From assembly GCA_038046765.1 (NCBI GenBank), contig JBBSVN010000011.1, positions 1,152 through 65,151 on the forward strand: DNA of 64,000 nt, given 5' to 3'. Below, piece after piece: positions 28,750 to 38,098 of this stretch (positions are counted from its first letter, which is position 1; the number at the start of each line of letters is the position of its first letter). Source of the stretch: Candidatus Micrarchaeota archaeon. GTDB lineage: Archaea > Micrarchaeota > Micrarchaeia > Anstonellales > Bilamarchaeaceae. The position numbers and the translations under genes were made by a program. The notes under the pieces were generated by a model. It saw nothing but the letters and a program-made list of their open reading frames with translations. It did not search any database and was not told the DNA's origin.

Positions 28750-28842
28750 GTTATAAATAGTGTATACTAATATTAAAAAAACTACCGATTAAGCTACGGT
28801 ACACCTGCTACTTTAAATATGCTCATTTTCTATTAATTAATA

Positions 28843-29130
28843 ATGCGAACTTCAAAAAATTTAATCTATCACGCTCTAATTAGTCTAGAAGTTGAAGTTG
28901 TCAATTCATCAGATAAAAAATTAATCGGTTTAAAAGGGATAGTTGTTGATGAGACAAAAAATCTTTTAATAATAAACGTACAAAAAACGAAAGACAGCCA
29001 ACCGAAGAGTTTAAAAATACAAAAAATTTCTTCGACGTTCAAGTTTTGCCTGGAAAATAATCAGTTTGTAATTATCCAAGGCAACGATATTTGCTTTAGG
29101 CCAGAAGAAAGAGCAAAGAAGCTAATGTAG
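28843..29130 (+). CDS. rnp1: RNase P protein component 1 (Rpp29/Pop4)
   Basis: GLKGIVVDETKNLLII motif. Canonical position before S17. Confidence 0.85.
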   Translation: MRTSKNLIYHALISLEVEVVNSSDKKLIGLKGIVVDETKNLLIINVQKTKDSQPKSLKIQKISSTFKFCLENNQFVIIQGNDICFRPEERAKKLM

Positions 29131-29277
29131 GCTTTATAAATCTTTCTTATCAATAAACATTAATCTAATAATTACGAACACCTTGATTGGTTAAATCAAT
29201 TCCTTTCAAGATTTGTCTTATCCTAATAAATAAGGCGATAGTTTTTCAAAATTTAGAAGATTCATTTAGGTGTATCT

Positions 29278-29571
29278 ATGGTTGAACAATGTACTGATAA
29301 AAACTGTTACAAGCACGGTGTCATAAGCGTAAGGGGTGCACGAGTAAGCGGTGTAGTTGTGAGTGGAAAAGCTAAAAACACAGTTATCGTTGAAAGGAGC
29401 ATTACTAAATTCTTGTCCAAATATAAAAGAAGAGCAAAAGGAAGTTCGAGAATTCCCGCTCACAATCCATTATGTATCAACGCAAAAGTTGGCGATGTAG
29501 TTGACTTGGGCGAAACAAGAAAAATAAGCAGAACCAAAGCATGGACTGTTTTAGGTATTTCACAAAAGTAA
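29278..29571 (+). CDS. rps17: Ribosomal protein S17
   Basis: GKAKNTVIVER...HNPLCINAKVGDVVDLGETRKISRTKAW. Confidence 0.93.
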   Translation: MVEQCTDKNCYKHGVISVRGARVSGVVVSGKAKNTVIVERSITKFLSKYKRRAKGSSRIPAHNPLCINAKVGDVVDLGETRKISRTKAWTVLGISQK

Positions 29572-29589
29572 AACGATTGGTGTTGATTT

Positions 29590-29988
29590 ATGAAGGGACT
29601 AACAGCAAAAATATCGAAGCCTTTGACAAAAGGTTCTATTGTTGTTTGCAACGATAATAGTGGAGCTAAAGAATTAATGATTATTGGTGCTATCGGAATA
29701 CGTGGTGTAAGATCAAGATACCCCTCCGTTGGTATTGGTAGTATTATAATTACGTCTGTTCGAAAAGGAAATCCGGATATGGTAAAAAAAGTCGTTCGGG
29801 CACTTATCGTAAGACAGAAAAAAGAATTTAGAAGAGCAAGCGGATTAAGAATAAGTTTTGAAGATAATGCAGCCGTTTTAATTACTGAAGACGGTTTACC
29901 AGTTGGAACAGAAATTAAGGGCGTTGTAGCAAGAGAAGTAGCCGAAAGGTTTCCAAAAGTTGCAGCAATAGCACCAGGAGTTATCTAG
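29590..29988 (+). CDS. rpl14: Ribosomal protein L14
   Basis: CNDNSGAKELMIIG... FEDNAAVLI...AREV. Confidence 0.95.
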   Translation: MKGLTAKISKPLTKGSIVVCNDNSGAKELMIIGAIGIRGVRSRYPSVGIGSIIITSVRKGNPDMVKKVVRALIVRQKKEFRRASGLRISFEDNAAVLITEDGLPVGTEIKGVVAREVAERFPKVAAIAPGVI

Positions 29989-30000
29989 AGTTGATTAAAA

Positions 30001-30444
30001 ATGCGCAAACGAAGCGAACGAAAATTTAGGTTTACGGCAAAATTACATGAAAAGAAGAATTTCCTTCACGTCCACACTTCAAAAGATGTTCGTGCAAATA
30101 TGGCGAAAAAATCTAGGAGTGTTTTGGTCAACAAAGGAGACACTGTAAAAGTTATGCGGGGTTCTTTTAGTGGCAAAACCGGAAAAGTACTTGATGTTGA
30201 TTATCTTAAATCAACCGTACATGTCGAAGGTGTGTTTAGAAAAAATGCACGAGGTAAGGAAGTTTTAATCAGACTTCAACCAAGTAATTTACTATTAACT
30301 CAACTTAATTCAACAAAAGATCGTGCAAAATTGCTTAAGGCAGGTGTTAAAATAGCTGCACAGGCAGAGAAACATGAAAAAGTAACAACATCTAATGTTG
30401 TTCACGTTGAAAATCAGGTAAATGATTCTGGGGTAAAAAAATAA
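30001..30444 (+). CDS. rpl24: Ribosomal protein L24
   Basis: KOW motif KGDTVKVMRGSFSGKTGKV. Conserved order. Confidence 0.9.
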   Translation: MRKRSERKFRFTAKLHEKKNFLHVHTSKDVRANMAKKSRSVLVNKGDTVKVMRGSFSGKTGKVLDVDYLKSTVHVEGVFRKNARGKEVLIRLQPSNLLLTQLNSTKDRAKLLKAGVKIAAQAEKHEKVTTSNVVHVENQVNDSGVKK

Positions 30445-30465
30445 TATTAATTTAATGGTGGTTAT

Positions 30466-31170
30466 GTGGCAAAACGAGGAGGAAGCTCTCATTCAAAAAG
30501 AATATCTTCACCAAAAAGTATTCCAATACAAAATAAGAAAGATTCAAAATGGCTATTAAAGGCATTTCCAGGTCCGCATTCAGGAGATCATGGTTTGGCA
30601 CTAACGGTTCTTTTAAGGGACGTTTTACATGTTGCAAAAACAGCCAAAGAAGCTAAAATGATCCTTAATTCAAAGGGTGTACTTGTCGACAATAAAGTTC
30701 GGGTAAAACCCGCATTTCCGATAGGGTTTATGGATGTGATCTCATTTCCAAAAATCAAAAAATACTATCGAATTGTATTAGATCACAAAGGGCGATTAGC
30801 AACAAAAGAGATTTCAAAAGAAGAATCAACAGTAAAATTATCGAAGGTTGTTAATAAACTTTCAAGGAACGGCAAAATTTTCATAACTACTCACGATGGG
30901 AAAACATTTTCCACTGATCAAAAACTAAATGTTGGCGATAGTGTTGTATTTGACATAACTTCATCCACATGCAAAGAAGTTTTACATGCTAAAGAAGGTG
31001 CAAAATGTCTTATCACCGAAGGTAAACACGTCGGCTCTATTGCATTACTAAAAAGTATTATCGAAAGAAAAGAAGGTAAACGAAACGAAGCACAACTAAC
31101 TTCTCCAGAAGGGGATTTTGTTACAATTGTAGATTACGTTTTTATCATTAATGATTCTTTTAAGGTGTAA
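30466..31170 (+). CDS. rps4e: Ribosomal protein S4e
   Basis: GSSHSKRISSPK..., FPIGFMDVISF. GTG start after GGTGGT. Confidence 0.93.
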   Translation: MAKRGGSSHSKRISSPKSIPIQNKKDSKWLLKAFPGPHSGDHGLALTVLLRDVLHVAKTAKEAKMILNSKGVLVDNKVRVKPAFPIGFMDVISFPKIKKYYRIVLDHKGRLATKEISKEESTVKLSKVVNKLSRNGKIFITTHDGKTFSTDQKLNVGDSVVFDITSSTCKEVLHAKEGAKCLITEGKHVGSIALLKSIIERKEGKRNEAQLTSPEGDFVTIVDYVFIINDSFKV

Positions 31171-31174
31171 ACTA

Positions 31175-31678
31175 ATGACGGACATGCGAGAAATATTGAT
31201 TGAAAAAGTTACTGTTAATATTGGTGTAGGTAGTCCTGGTGAAAGATTGGATTATGCCAAGGAGTTAATAGAAAAACTATCTGGTGCAACGGCAGTAATG
31301 ACTCTTGCAAAAAAGAGAAATCCGGTGTGGAAACTAAGAAAAGGTCTTCCAATCGGTGTTAAACTTACACTAAGGAAAAAAATTGCAGTGGCATTTTTAG
31401 AAAAGTCACTTATTGCAAAAAGAAGGGTAATAAAGCCAAGCTGTTTTGATAACGAAGGTAATTTTAGCTTTGGTGTTCCAGAGTATATCGATTTTCCAGG
31501 TGCAAAATACGATCCTAAAATTGGTATGTTCGGTTTTGATGTTTGTGTAACTCTAACAAGAAGAGGAGAAAGAGTAAGTCAGAGAAGAGTTAAGAAAACG
31601 AAAATCGGTAAAAAACATAAAATAACAAAAGACGAAGCGATTGAATTTGTTAAAAAATTTAACGTTAAATTAGAATAA
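31175..31678 (+). CDS. rpl5: Ribosomal protein L5
   Basis: KVTVNIGVG..., GNFSFGVPEYIDFPG. ATG 31175 after AAGGTG is preferred over the tracked 31151, which overlaps the S4e end. Confidence 0.93.
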   Translation: MTDMREILIEKVTVNIGVGSPGERLDYAKELIEKLSGATAVMTLAKKRNPVWKLRKGLPIGVKLTLRKKIAVAFLEKSLIAKRRVIKPSCFDNEGNFSFGVPEYIDFPGAKYDPKIGMFGFDVCVTLTRRGERVSQRRVKKTKIGKKHKITKDEAIEFVKKFNVKLE

Positions 31679-31695
31679 ATTACAAACGTGATACG

Positions 31696-31860
31696 ATGGC
31701 ATTAGTTTCTTTGGAAGAAAAATTTAAAGGAAAAGCTTTCCGAATGTGCAGATCTTGCGGTAACGCAAGAGGCTTAATTAGGAAATACGATCTTCGTCTA
31801 TGCAGACGTTGCTTTAGGGAAATAGGTCCAAGTATTGGGTTTAAAAAATACGGTGAATAA
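31696..31860 (+). CDS. rps14: Ribosomal protein S14 (Zn type, 54 aa)
   Basis: Not in the ORF track (<60 aa). My translation: MALVSLEEKFKGKAFRMCRSCGNARGLIRKYDLRLCRRCFREIGPSIGFKKYGE, with CxxC...CxxC. Lies between L5 and S8. Confidence 0.9.
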   Translation: MALVSLEEKFKGKAFRMCRSCGNARGLIRKYDLRLCRRCFREIGPSIGFKKYGE

Positions 31861-31862
31861 AA

Positions 31863-32249
31863 ATGGCCATTGATACTCTCTCAGATGCTTTAAATACGAT
31901 TAAGACCCACGAATTTGTTGGAAGAAAAGATTGCAAGGTTAAGGCAAGTAAGCTAACAAAGAGTGTTCTTGATGTTTTGAAGGATCAAGGTTATGTAAAA
32001 GACTTTAAATTTGTTGATGATAAACGCGGAGGATACTTCCAGTTAGTCCTTGATGGCAGAATAAATGACTGCAAGGTCATTAAACCACGTTTGCCAGTTA
32101 AATGCAAGGATTTACCAAAATTAGAACAGCAATTTATCCCTGGTGTGGGTGTAGGTATGGTAATACTTTCTACTCCTCAAGGTATTATGACAAATGCTGA
32201 AGCAGAGAAAAAACAGATTGGCGGAAGATTAATCGCTTATGTTTACTAA
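31863..32249 (+). CDS. rps8: Ribosomal protein S8
   Basis: DTLSDALNTIKT..., ILSTPQGIMT. Conserved order. Confidence 0.95.
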   Translation: MAIDTLSDALNTIKTHEFVGRKDCKVKASKLTKSVLDVLKDQGYVKDFKFVDDKRGGYFQLVLDGRINDCKVIKPRLPVKCKDLPKLEQQFIPGVGVGMVILSTPQGIMTNAEAEKKQIGGRLIAYVY

Positions 32250-32260
32250 ATGGTGTACTT

Positions 32261-32746
32261 ATGTTAGAAATTCCACAAGACGTTCAGGTTAAGTATGAAA
32301 ATAATTTGCTTTCTGTAAAGGGCAAATTAGGAGAAGTAATACGAAAAATTGATCTAAATACTCAAGTTACTCTTGATTCAAAAAGCGTTACATTCGCATC
32401 AAAAACCAAAGCTTTAACATATACTCACGAAGCACATTTAAAAAATGCCTTTTTAGGGGTTACGGTAGGTTACAAGAAAAAACTTAAGATGATTTACGCA
32501 CACTTTCCTATGACAATTGAAATCAAGGGAAAAGATATTGCGATCAAAAACTTCTTAGGTGAAAAACAACCCAGAAAGGCAATTATACGGGGCAATGTCA
32601 AGATGGAAGTAAAAGGTCAAGAAGTTTTCATATCTGGCTGTGATAAAGAAGCAGTCGGTGCAACAATTTCAAACATCCGTACAGCTCTAAAAATAAAGTA
32701 CAAAGATAGTCGAGTATTCCAAGATGGACTTTACGTAATTGAATAA
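32261..32746 (+). CDS. rpl6: Ribosomal protein L6
   Basis: Family sequence (..YAHFPMTIEIKG.., DSRVFQDGLYV) and order. Confidence 0.93.
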   Translation: MLEIPQDVQVKYENNLLSVKGKLGEVIRKIDLNTQVTLDSKSVTFASKTKALTYTHEAHLKNAFLGVTVGYKKKLKMIYAHFPMTIEIKGKDIAIKNFLGEKQPRKAIIRGNVKMEVKGQEVFISGCDKEAVGATISNIRTALKIKYKDSRVFQDGLYVIE

Positions 32747-32767
32747 ATAGCGCATGGTGTTGATTTT

Positions 32768-33109
32768 ATGATGAAGAAAAGAAGTAAACCAAGATTCACT
32801 GTAATGAACTATGGTTTTAGGAAGCAAGTCAAAAAGAGCTGGAGAAAGCCAAGAGGAGTAGACAATAAGAAGAGAATAAGGAAAGCATTTGCTGGCGCTT
32901 TACCAAAAATTGGTTATGGCAATTCGCATGTTGTAAAATACACTCACCCAACTGGAAAGATGGAAGTTTTAGTTCGAAATCTTTCTGATATCGAAAGCGC
33001 AAAGGGCAAAATGGTGTGTATAAGAATTGCTTCAAATGTGGGAGCTAAAAAAAGAGCAGTCATACTTAATATGGCAAAGGAATTCAAACTCAAGGTACTT
33101 AATGCATAA
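32768..33109 (+). CDS. rpl32e: Ribosomal protein L32e
   Basis: SWRKPRGVDNKKR motif. Conserved order. Confidence 0.92.
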   Translation: MMKKRSKPRFTVMNYGFRKQVKKSWRKPRGVDNKKRIRKAFAGALPKIGYGNSHVVKYTHPTGKMEVLVRNLSDIESAKGKMVCIRIASNVGAKKRAVILNMAKEFKLKVLNA

Positions 33110-33125
33110 ATTGTTGTGATTTTAT

Positions 33126-33563
33126 ATGTCAGTTAAAACTGTTAGACGATTGGCCGCGGATATCCTCGGTGTTGGACAAAGTAGGGTAAAAATTAACCCA
33201 TTACAAATTAAAAGGGCAGAAGAAGCTTTGACACGAAAAGATGTCGAACATCTTATTGGCGACGGTGTACTTGTAAAGCTTCCTATTTCGGGGAGAAAGA
33301 CAAAGGAAAAGAAAAAAAATAGAAAGGCAAAAGGAGAAGGAAACCGACGTGGTGAAAGGTCGACAGAAAGAAAAAGACGATGGATGCAAACTGTTCGGTC
33401 ACAAAGAAAATATTTGCTAGAACTTCTTGATTCAAAATCTATTGATCGTAAGGTAAGACGATCAATGTATGGGAAAGTTAAAAGTGGTCTCTTCAAATCC
33501 AAAAAATCACTTTATACATATTTGAAGGAAAATCATATGTTAAATGAAAAATTGGCAGAATAA
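33126..33563 (+). CDS. rpl19e: Ribosomal protein L19e
   Basis: VRRLAADILGVGQSRVKI... and a basic helical tail. Conserved order. Confidence 0.92.
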   Translation: MSVKTVRRLAADILGVGQSRVKINPLQIKRAEEALTRKDVEHLIGDGVLVKLPISGRKTKEKKKNRKAKGEGNRRGERSTERKRRWMQTVRSQRKYLLELLDSKSIDRKVRRSMYGKVKSGLFKSKKSLYTYLKENHMLNEKLAE

Positions 33564-33597
33564 ATTCAAAATAAATTTATGGTAAATAAGTGATTTT

Positions 33598-34095
33598 ATG
33601 ACACAAGCAAAAACACCAAAATATGTTGTTCATTTTCGTAGGAGAAGAGAAGGCGTAACCAATTATGCAAAAAGATTGGGGTTAATCAAAGGTGCAACCA
33701 CAAGAATGGTTGTAAGAAAATCCAACAAATCCGTATTGGTTCAGTTTGTTGATTTTGATCCAAAGGGCGATTTGACAAGGCTTAGCGTTACTTCACAAAA
33801 ATTGTCTAAAGATTTTTCATGGCCTTCTAAGAGAAATACTCTTACTGCATATTTGACTGGTTTACTAGCTGGAAAAATGGCACAAAAGAAAAAAATATCT
33901 GAATTTATTTTGGATATGGGTATGATTACTCCAAGTAAAGGTAGTATTGTTTTCGCTGCACTTAAGGGCGCAGTAGATGCGGGTCTTAAAACAAATTATC
34001 AAGAATCAAAAATTGCAATGGATAAAATTTCAAAACCAGCGGAAACTATTGCTGCTACTTTCGACAAAGTTAAAAAGCAAATAATGGGGATGTAA
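33598..34095 (+). CDS. rpl18: Ribosomal protein L18
   Basis: RRRREGVTNYAKRL...RMVVRKSNKSVLVQ. Confidence 0.93.
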   Translation: MTQAKTPKYVVHFRRRREGVTNYAKRLGLIKGATTRMVVRKSNKSVLVQFVDFDPKGDLTRLSVTSQKLSKDFSWPSKRNTLTAYLTGLLAGKMAQKKKISEFILDMGMITPSKGSIVFAALKGAVDAGLKTNYQESKIAMDKISKPAETIAATFDKVKKQIMGM

Positions 34096-34119
34096 CTTTA
34101 GTATTATGGTGATACTTAT

Positions 34120-34740
34120 ATGGCAGAAAAATTAAGAACAATATCTAAAGAAGATTGGTCTCCTAGAACCAAAATGGGTCAAATGGTCAAAAGTGGAGAG
34201 ATTAGTAGTATTGATCAAATCTTTGACATGGGAAAACCCGTTATTGAACCAGAAGTTGTCGATGTATTACTACCAACTCTTGAATCAGAAACTTTAGATG
34301 TCCGGACAACGCAGCGTGTTACTGATAGCGGTAAACGAACTCAATTCCGGGTTGTTGTCGTTGTAGGAGACAGAAATGGTCATGTTAGTATCGGAGTTGG
34401 TAAAAGTGATGAAATGAAACCAGCTTTGGATTATGCCATGCGAAATGCAAAAAAATCGATGATTAGCGTTCGAACTGGCTGTGGAAGCTGGGAATGCAAA
34501 TGTTCTATAAAACATTCTCTTCCTGAAAAAACCGTTGGTAAAGAAGGAAGTACTGTTGTTACTATGAAACCAGCTCCAAGAGGTCTTGGTCTAGCAGCAA
34601 ACAAGGTAGTAAGAAAAGTTTTAACTATGGCAGGAGTTAAGGATGTATGGAGCTTCTCAACTGGTGGCAGTAATGTTTATAATACTGCTATGGCTGCAAT
34701 TTACGCTCTAGATAATTTAAATAAAATTAAGACTCGTTAG
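34120..34740 (+). CDS. rps5: Ribosomal protein S5
   Basis: TQRVTDSGKRTQFRVVVVVGDRNGHVSIGVGK, APRGLGLAA. Confidence 0.95.
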   Translation: MAEKLRTISKEDWSPRTKMGQMVKSGEISSIDQIFDMGKPVIEPEVVDVLLPTLESETLDVRTTQRVTDSGKRTQFRVVVVVGDRNGHVSIGVGKSDEMKPALDYAMRNAKKSMISVRTGCGSWECKCSIKHSLPEKTVGKEGSTVVTMKPAPRGLGLAANKVVRKVLTMAGVKDVWSFSTGGSNVYNTAMAAIYALDNLNKIKTR

Positions 34741-34748
34741 TGGTTTAT

Positions 34749-35282
34749 ATGAAAACATCTACAAATACAATAACCAAAAAATCCGATCCAAAAGTAAAGG
34801 GCGCTAAAGTAGAAAAAGTTAGCGGACCAGTTACAAAATCATCTGTGGGTAATATCTTATTAATTTTAAGGATAAGGGGTATTAGAAGCATGGCTCCAAG
34901 GACCAAAAAAACCTTAGAATTTATGAGGCTCAATAAACCAAATCATTGTGTTATTTCGGAGGAAACACCTTATTTAAGGGGTATGATTAACCTTGTAAAA
35001 GATTATGTCGCATTTGGGAATGTTAACGAACAAACAATCACAAAAATTTTAACAAGCAAAGGAGAATTAAATGGTCAAAAAATAAGTAAGACTATGACTG
35101 CAGACCAGATTGCAAAAATTTCAAAGGAAATATTCTCAGGTAAAAAAACAAAAGAATTTGTTAATCCTGTATTTAGATTACATCCACCAAGAAAAGGTTA
35201 TAAAGACATAAAAAAACCATATCCTCTTGGTGATTTAGGTAAACGAGATGATCTTGATACATTTATACTTAAATTATTATAA
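34749..35282 (+). CDS. rpl30: Ribosomal protein L30 (uL30)
   Basis: ILRIRGIRSMAPRTKKTLEFMRLNK. ATG 34749 after GTGGT is preferred over the tracked GTG 34740. Confidence 0.9.
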   Translation: MKTSTNTITKKSDPKVKGAKVEKVSGPVTKSSVGNILLILRIRGIRSMAPRTKKTLEFMRLNKPNHCVISEETPYLRGMINLVKDYVAFGNVNEQTITKILTSKGELNGQKISKTMTADQIAKISKEIFSGKKTKEFVNPVFRLHPPRKGYKDIKKPYPLGDLGKRDDLDTFILKLL

Positions 35283-35314
35283 TATTTTTATGAATATATA
35301 ATGAGTTGATACTT

Positions 35315-35749
35315 ATGGTAAGACGAAAAGAAAGACAGAAAAAAGGCTATTTAGGCAGAAGAAGTTTCGGTCGCGGTAATGTTAAAAACAGGCGTGGAAG
35401 TGGTAACCGCGGTGGACGTGGTCAAGCTGGACTTCATAAGCACAAGTATACCTGGACTGTTAAATTCGATCCAGATCATTTTGGAAAACATGGTTTTGTT
35501 CGAGTCAATCAAAAATCTTATGAAAGCATAAATCTTTTCGAAATAAATCGAAAAGCATTGCTTGAGCAATTAGAGAAAAAAGATGGTAAATTCCATTTTG
35601 ATTTTGATGGCAAAATCTTAGGTAGTGGAAAAATAAATTTCCCAATTGCAATTAAGGCATTGTCTTGGAGCAAGAGCGCAGAGGAAAAAGTGAAACAAGC
35701 CGGAGGACAAATGTTGGTTTTGGTACCAACAACCCCTACTAAGAAATAA
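35315..35749 (+). CDS. rpl15: Ribosomal protein L15
   Basis: GRGNVKNRRGSGNRGGRGQAGLHKHK. ATG 35315 preferred over TTG 35306. Confidence 0.93.
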   Translation: MVRRKERQKKGYLGRRSFGRGNVKNRRGSGNRGGRGQAGLHKHKYTWTVKFDPDHFGKHGFVRVNQKSYESINLFEINRKALLEQLEKKDGKFHFDFDGKILGSGKINFPIAIKALSWSKSAEEKVKQAGGQMLVLVPTTPTKK

Positions 35750-35780
35750 TTTTTATTTATTTCCATCAACAGATGGATAG

Positions 35781-35820
35781 CTAGTGGCATCAGTCACTGG
35801 ATTTTTATTTATTTTTATTT
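35781..35820 (+). terminator. Hairpin plus oligo-T terminator module (copy 2)
   Basis: ctagtg-gcatcagt-cactgg followed by atttttatttatttttattt, directly after the L15 stop. Confidence 0.55.
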
Positions 35821-35867
35821 AATTTTATCTAATTTATCTTAATCTAATTTTAAACTAGGTGTAATAT

Positions 35868-36536
35868 TTGGGTTATCCTGCAAGTATTTGGATTTTTAAT
35901 CAAATGCAAGTTCAACAACTTTTAGATGAATTAAAAGATTTTGGTAAGCAAAAATTCCTTAGTACTTATGCTAAAGAAATTCAATCTGCGTTTAAAGAAA
36001 AGTATGGTGTTAAGGACTTCGAAACTGATATTGATCTTTACTTTTCAAGCGAAGAAGTGCAAGATGGATCAAGTTTAATTATCGATATGTTAAAATTGAG
36101 TGGGGCAAAACGTATTGACCTAAGCGAATTTAATTATTTCCAATATAAAACTGGATTTTATCAAGCTATCGAACGTGATTTTAACGAAAAACATAATTCG
36201 AAATTTTTTCCAGCATTCAAACTATTTACCAATTTGTTTCGGTGGGATCATAATGAACGAATTTTTGGTCTAACAATATTAGATGACGTTGCATCGATCC
36301 AAGGGTTTGTTGATACTAAAAGCGTAAACGATGGCGCTACAGAAGCCATAAGTATGCTATCTGAACTTAAAATAATAAAAAGTAATAAGTTACTCTTTAC
36401 CAATGATGGTTGGAATGATTTTGGAGCAGTAGATTCGTTTAAAGTTGAAATCTATAAAATTGCCCGAGACAAAATATATATCTCAATAAAAGAAGCAATG
36501 GAAAAAGAAATGGCATTACTTTTATGTACTTTGTAG
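35868..36536 (+). CDS. Hypothetical protein (222 aa) between rpl15 and secY
   Basis: ORF with a TTG start 6 nt after AGGTG. No recognisable motif. Has its own upstream terminator, and a downstream TATA-like box precedes secY. Confidence 0.5.
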   Translation: MGYPASIWIFNQMQVQQLLDELKDFGKQKFLSTYAKEIQSAFKEKYGVKDFETDIDLYFSSEEVQDGSSLIIDMLKLSGAKRIDLSEFNYFQYKTGFYQAIERDFNEKHNSKFFPAFKLFTNLFRWDHNERIFGLTILDDVASIQGFVDTKSVNDGATEAISMLSELKIIKSNKLLFTNDGWNDFGAVDSFKVEIYKIARDKIYISIKEAMEKEMALLLCTL

Positions 36537-36622
36537 ATATATTTAAAAATATATGAATAGTTATCTTATAACTAATTCATTAGAACATACTAATTAAAAT
36601 TTTCTTTGAGGTTTAGGATTTT

Positions 36623-38017
36623 ATGAGCAATGCCATAATTGATTTTCTGCACAACGTAGCAAAAGTTCTTCCGGAAGTAAAAAACCCGGTAAAACCTCCA
36701 AGTACACAAGAAAGATTGATGTGGACAGGAATTGCACTTCTTATATTCTTTTTAATGTACCATGTCTCAGCTTTTGGTATTGTTGACCAAAGTTCTGGAT
36801 TTAATTTTTTACAGACAATTACTGCCAGTAGGATCGGAAGTCTTATCACTATTGGTATTGGTCCAATCGTTTTAGCTAGTATTTTCTTACAACTTTTTGT
36901 CGGAGCCGGCTTAATAAAACTTGATCTTCAAAATCCCGCTGATAAACAAAAGTTCCAGGAGGTACAAAAAATTCTCGGTATTCTTCTGGCATTTTTAGAA
37001 TCAACGCTTTTTGTTATTGGTGCAAATCAAACTGGGCTTTTATTAACTCCTGTTTTAGGAAGTCTTACTGTTCCGTTGGTAATTCTACAAATTTCATTAG
37101 GTTCAATTATCCTGCTTTATCTTGACGAAATTGTATCTAAATATGGTCTAGGTAGCGGAATAAGTTTATTTATCGCGGCAGGTGTGTCCTTAGCAATTAT
37201 TGCTGGAGTAGTTGGCTTAATTTTTGGACCAAGCGGTGTAATAAATACTGTTCAGGATGGTGGAGCTCAAGCAATACCAAATACACTTATAATTCTATTA
37301 CCTCTTTTGTTTACTGTATTGGTCTTTTTTGCAGCTGTTTATGCTGAGGGAATGAAAGTCGAAATTCCGGTGGCATTTGAGCGGGCGCGTGGGATTGTGC
37401 CAAAACTACCTTTGAAATTTTTATATGTTTCAAACATTCCTGTTATTTTTGCTCAGGCGTTTATCCAAAGCGTAGTTCTGATGTCCTCAATTGCGTTAGC
37501 GGGTAATACGGGGCTTAACTGGCTCGCTTCATTTGGGCCAAATAATTCAATTGATGATGGTATTTTATACTTTATAACTCCTGTGCGGGTTCCTTTAGCA
37601 CAACTTCTGGTTGTTTCAACTCCTGTATTTAACATCCCAGAAATCGTTCATGCGGTTGTTTATGTTTTGTTTTTGTCAATCTCATCTATTTTATTTGGTA
37701 TGTTTTGGGTAGAAACTTCAAATATGGATGCTAAAAGCGTAGCTGGTCAATTAACTAAAAGTGGAATGCAAATTCCTGGTTTTAGAAGAGACCCAAGACT
37801 CTTAGAAACAATTCTAAATAAACATATACTTCCTTTGACAATTGTGGGTAGTTTTAGTGTTGGTTTCTTGGCAGGTACTGCCGATTTACTTGGTGCACTT
37901 GGTACTGGTACAGGTATTTTACTTACTGTTGGTATCCTGTATAAGATGTATGAACAGATGGAGCAGATGAATATGTTTGATTTGTACCCGATCTTAGGAA
38001 AGATTGCTGGTGACTAA
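36623..38017 (+). CDS. secY: Preprotein translocase subunit SecY
   Basis: 10-TM protein. ...ITASRIGSLITIGIGPIV..., LDEIVSKYGLGSGISLFI. Canonical position. Confidence 0.95.
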   Translation: MSNAIIDFLHNVAKVLPEVKNPVKPPSTQERLMWTGIALLIFFLMYHVSAFGIVDQSSGFNFLQTITASRIGSLITIGIGPIVLASIFLQLFVGAGLIKLDLQNPADKQKFQEVQKILGILLAFLESTLFVIGANQTGLLLTPVLGSLTVPLVILQISLGSIILLYLDEIVSKYGLGSGISLFIAAGVSLAIIAGVVGLIFGPSGVINTVQDGGAQAIPNTLIILLPLLFTVLVFFAAVYAEGMKVEIPVAFERARGIVPKLPLKFLYVSNIPVIFAQAFIQSVVLMSSIALAGNTGLNWLASFGPNNSIDDGILYFITPVRVPLAQLLVVSTPVFNIPEIVHAVVYVLFLSISSILFGMFWVETSNMDAKSVAGQLTKSGMQIPGFRRDPRLLETILNKHILPLTIVGSFSVGFLAGTADLLGALGTGTGILLTVGILYKMYEQMEQMNMFDLYPILGKIAGD

Positions 38018-38098
38018 GTTGAAATATTCTGTTTCTTTATTTTCTAAGATTTTTTTGTTTTTTCTATTTTAAGTTTTTCTTATTTGTTTTCTTTTCCA
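38018..38098 (+). terminator. Pyrimidine/oligo-T-rich tract after secY
   Basis: ctgtttctttattttctaagatttttttgttttttctattttaagtttttcttatttgttttcttttcc contains multiple T runs, as expected for archaeal termination. Confidence 0.4.
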
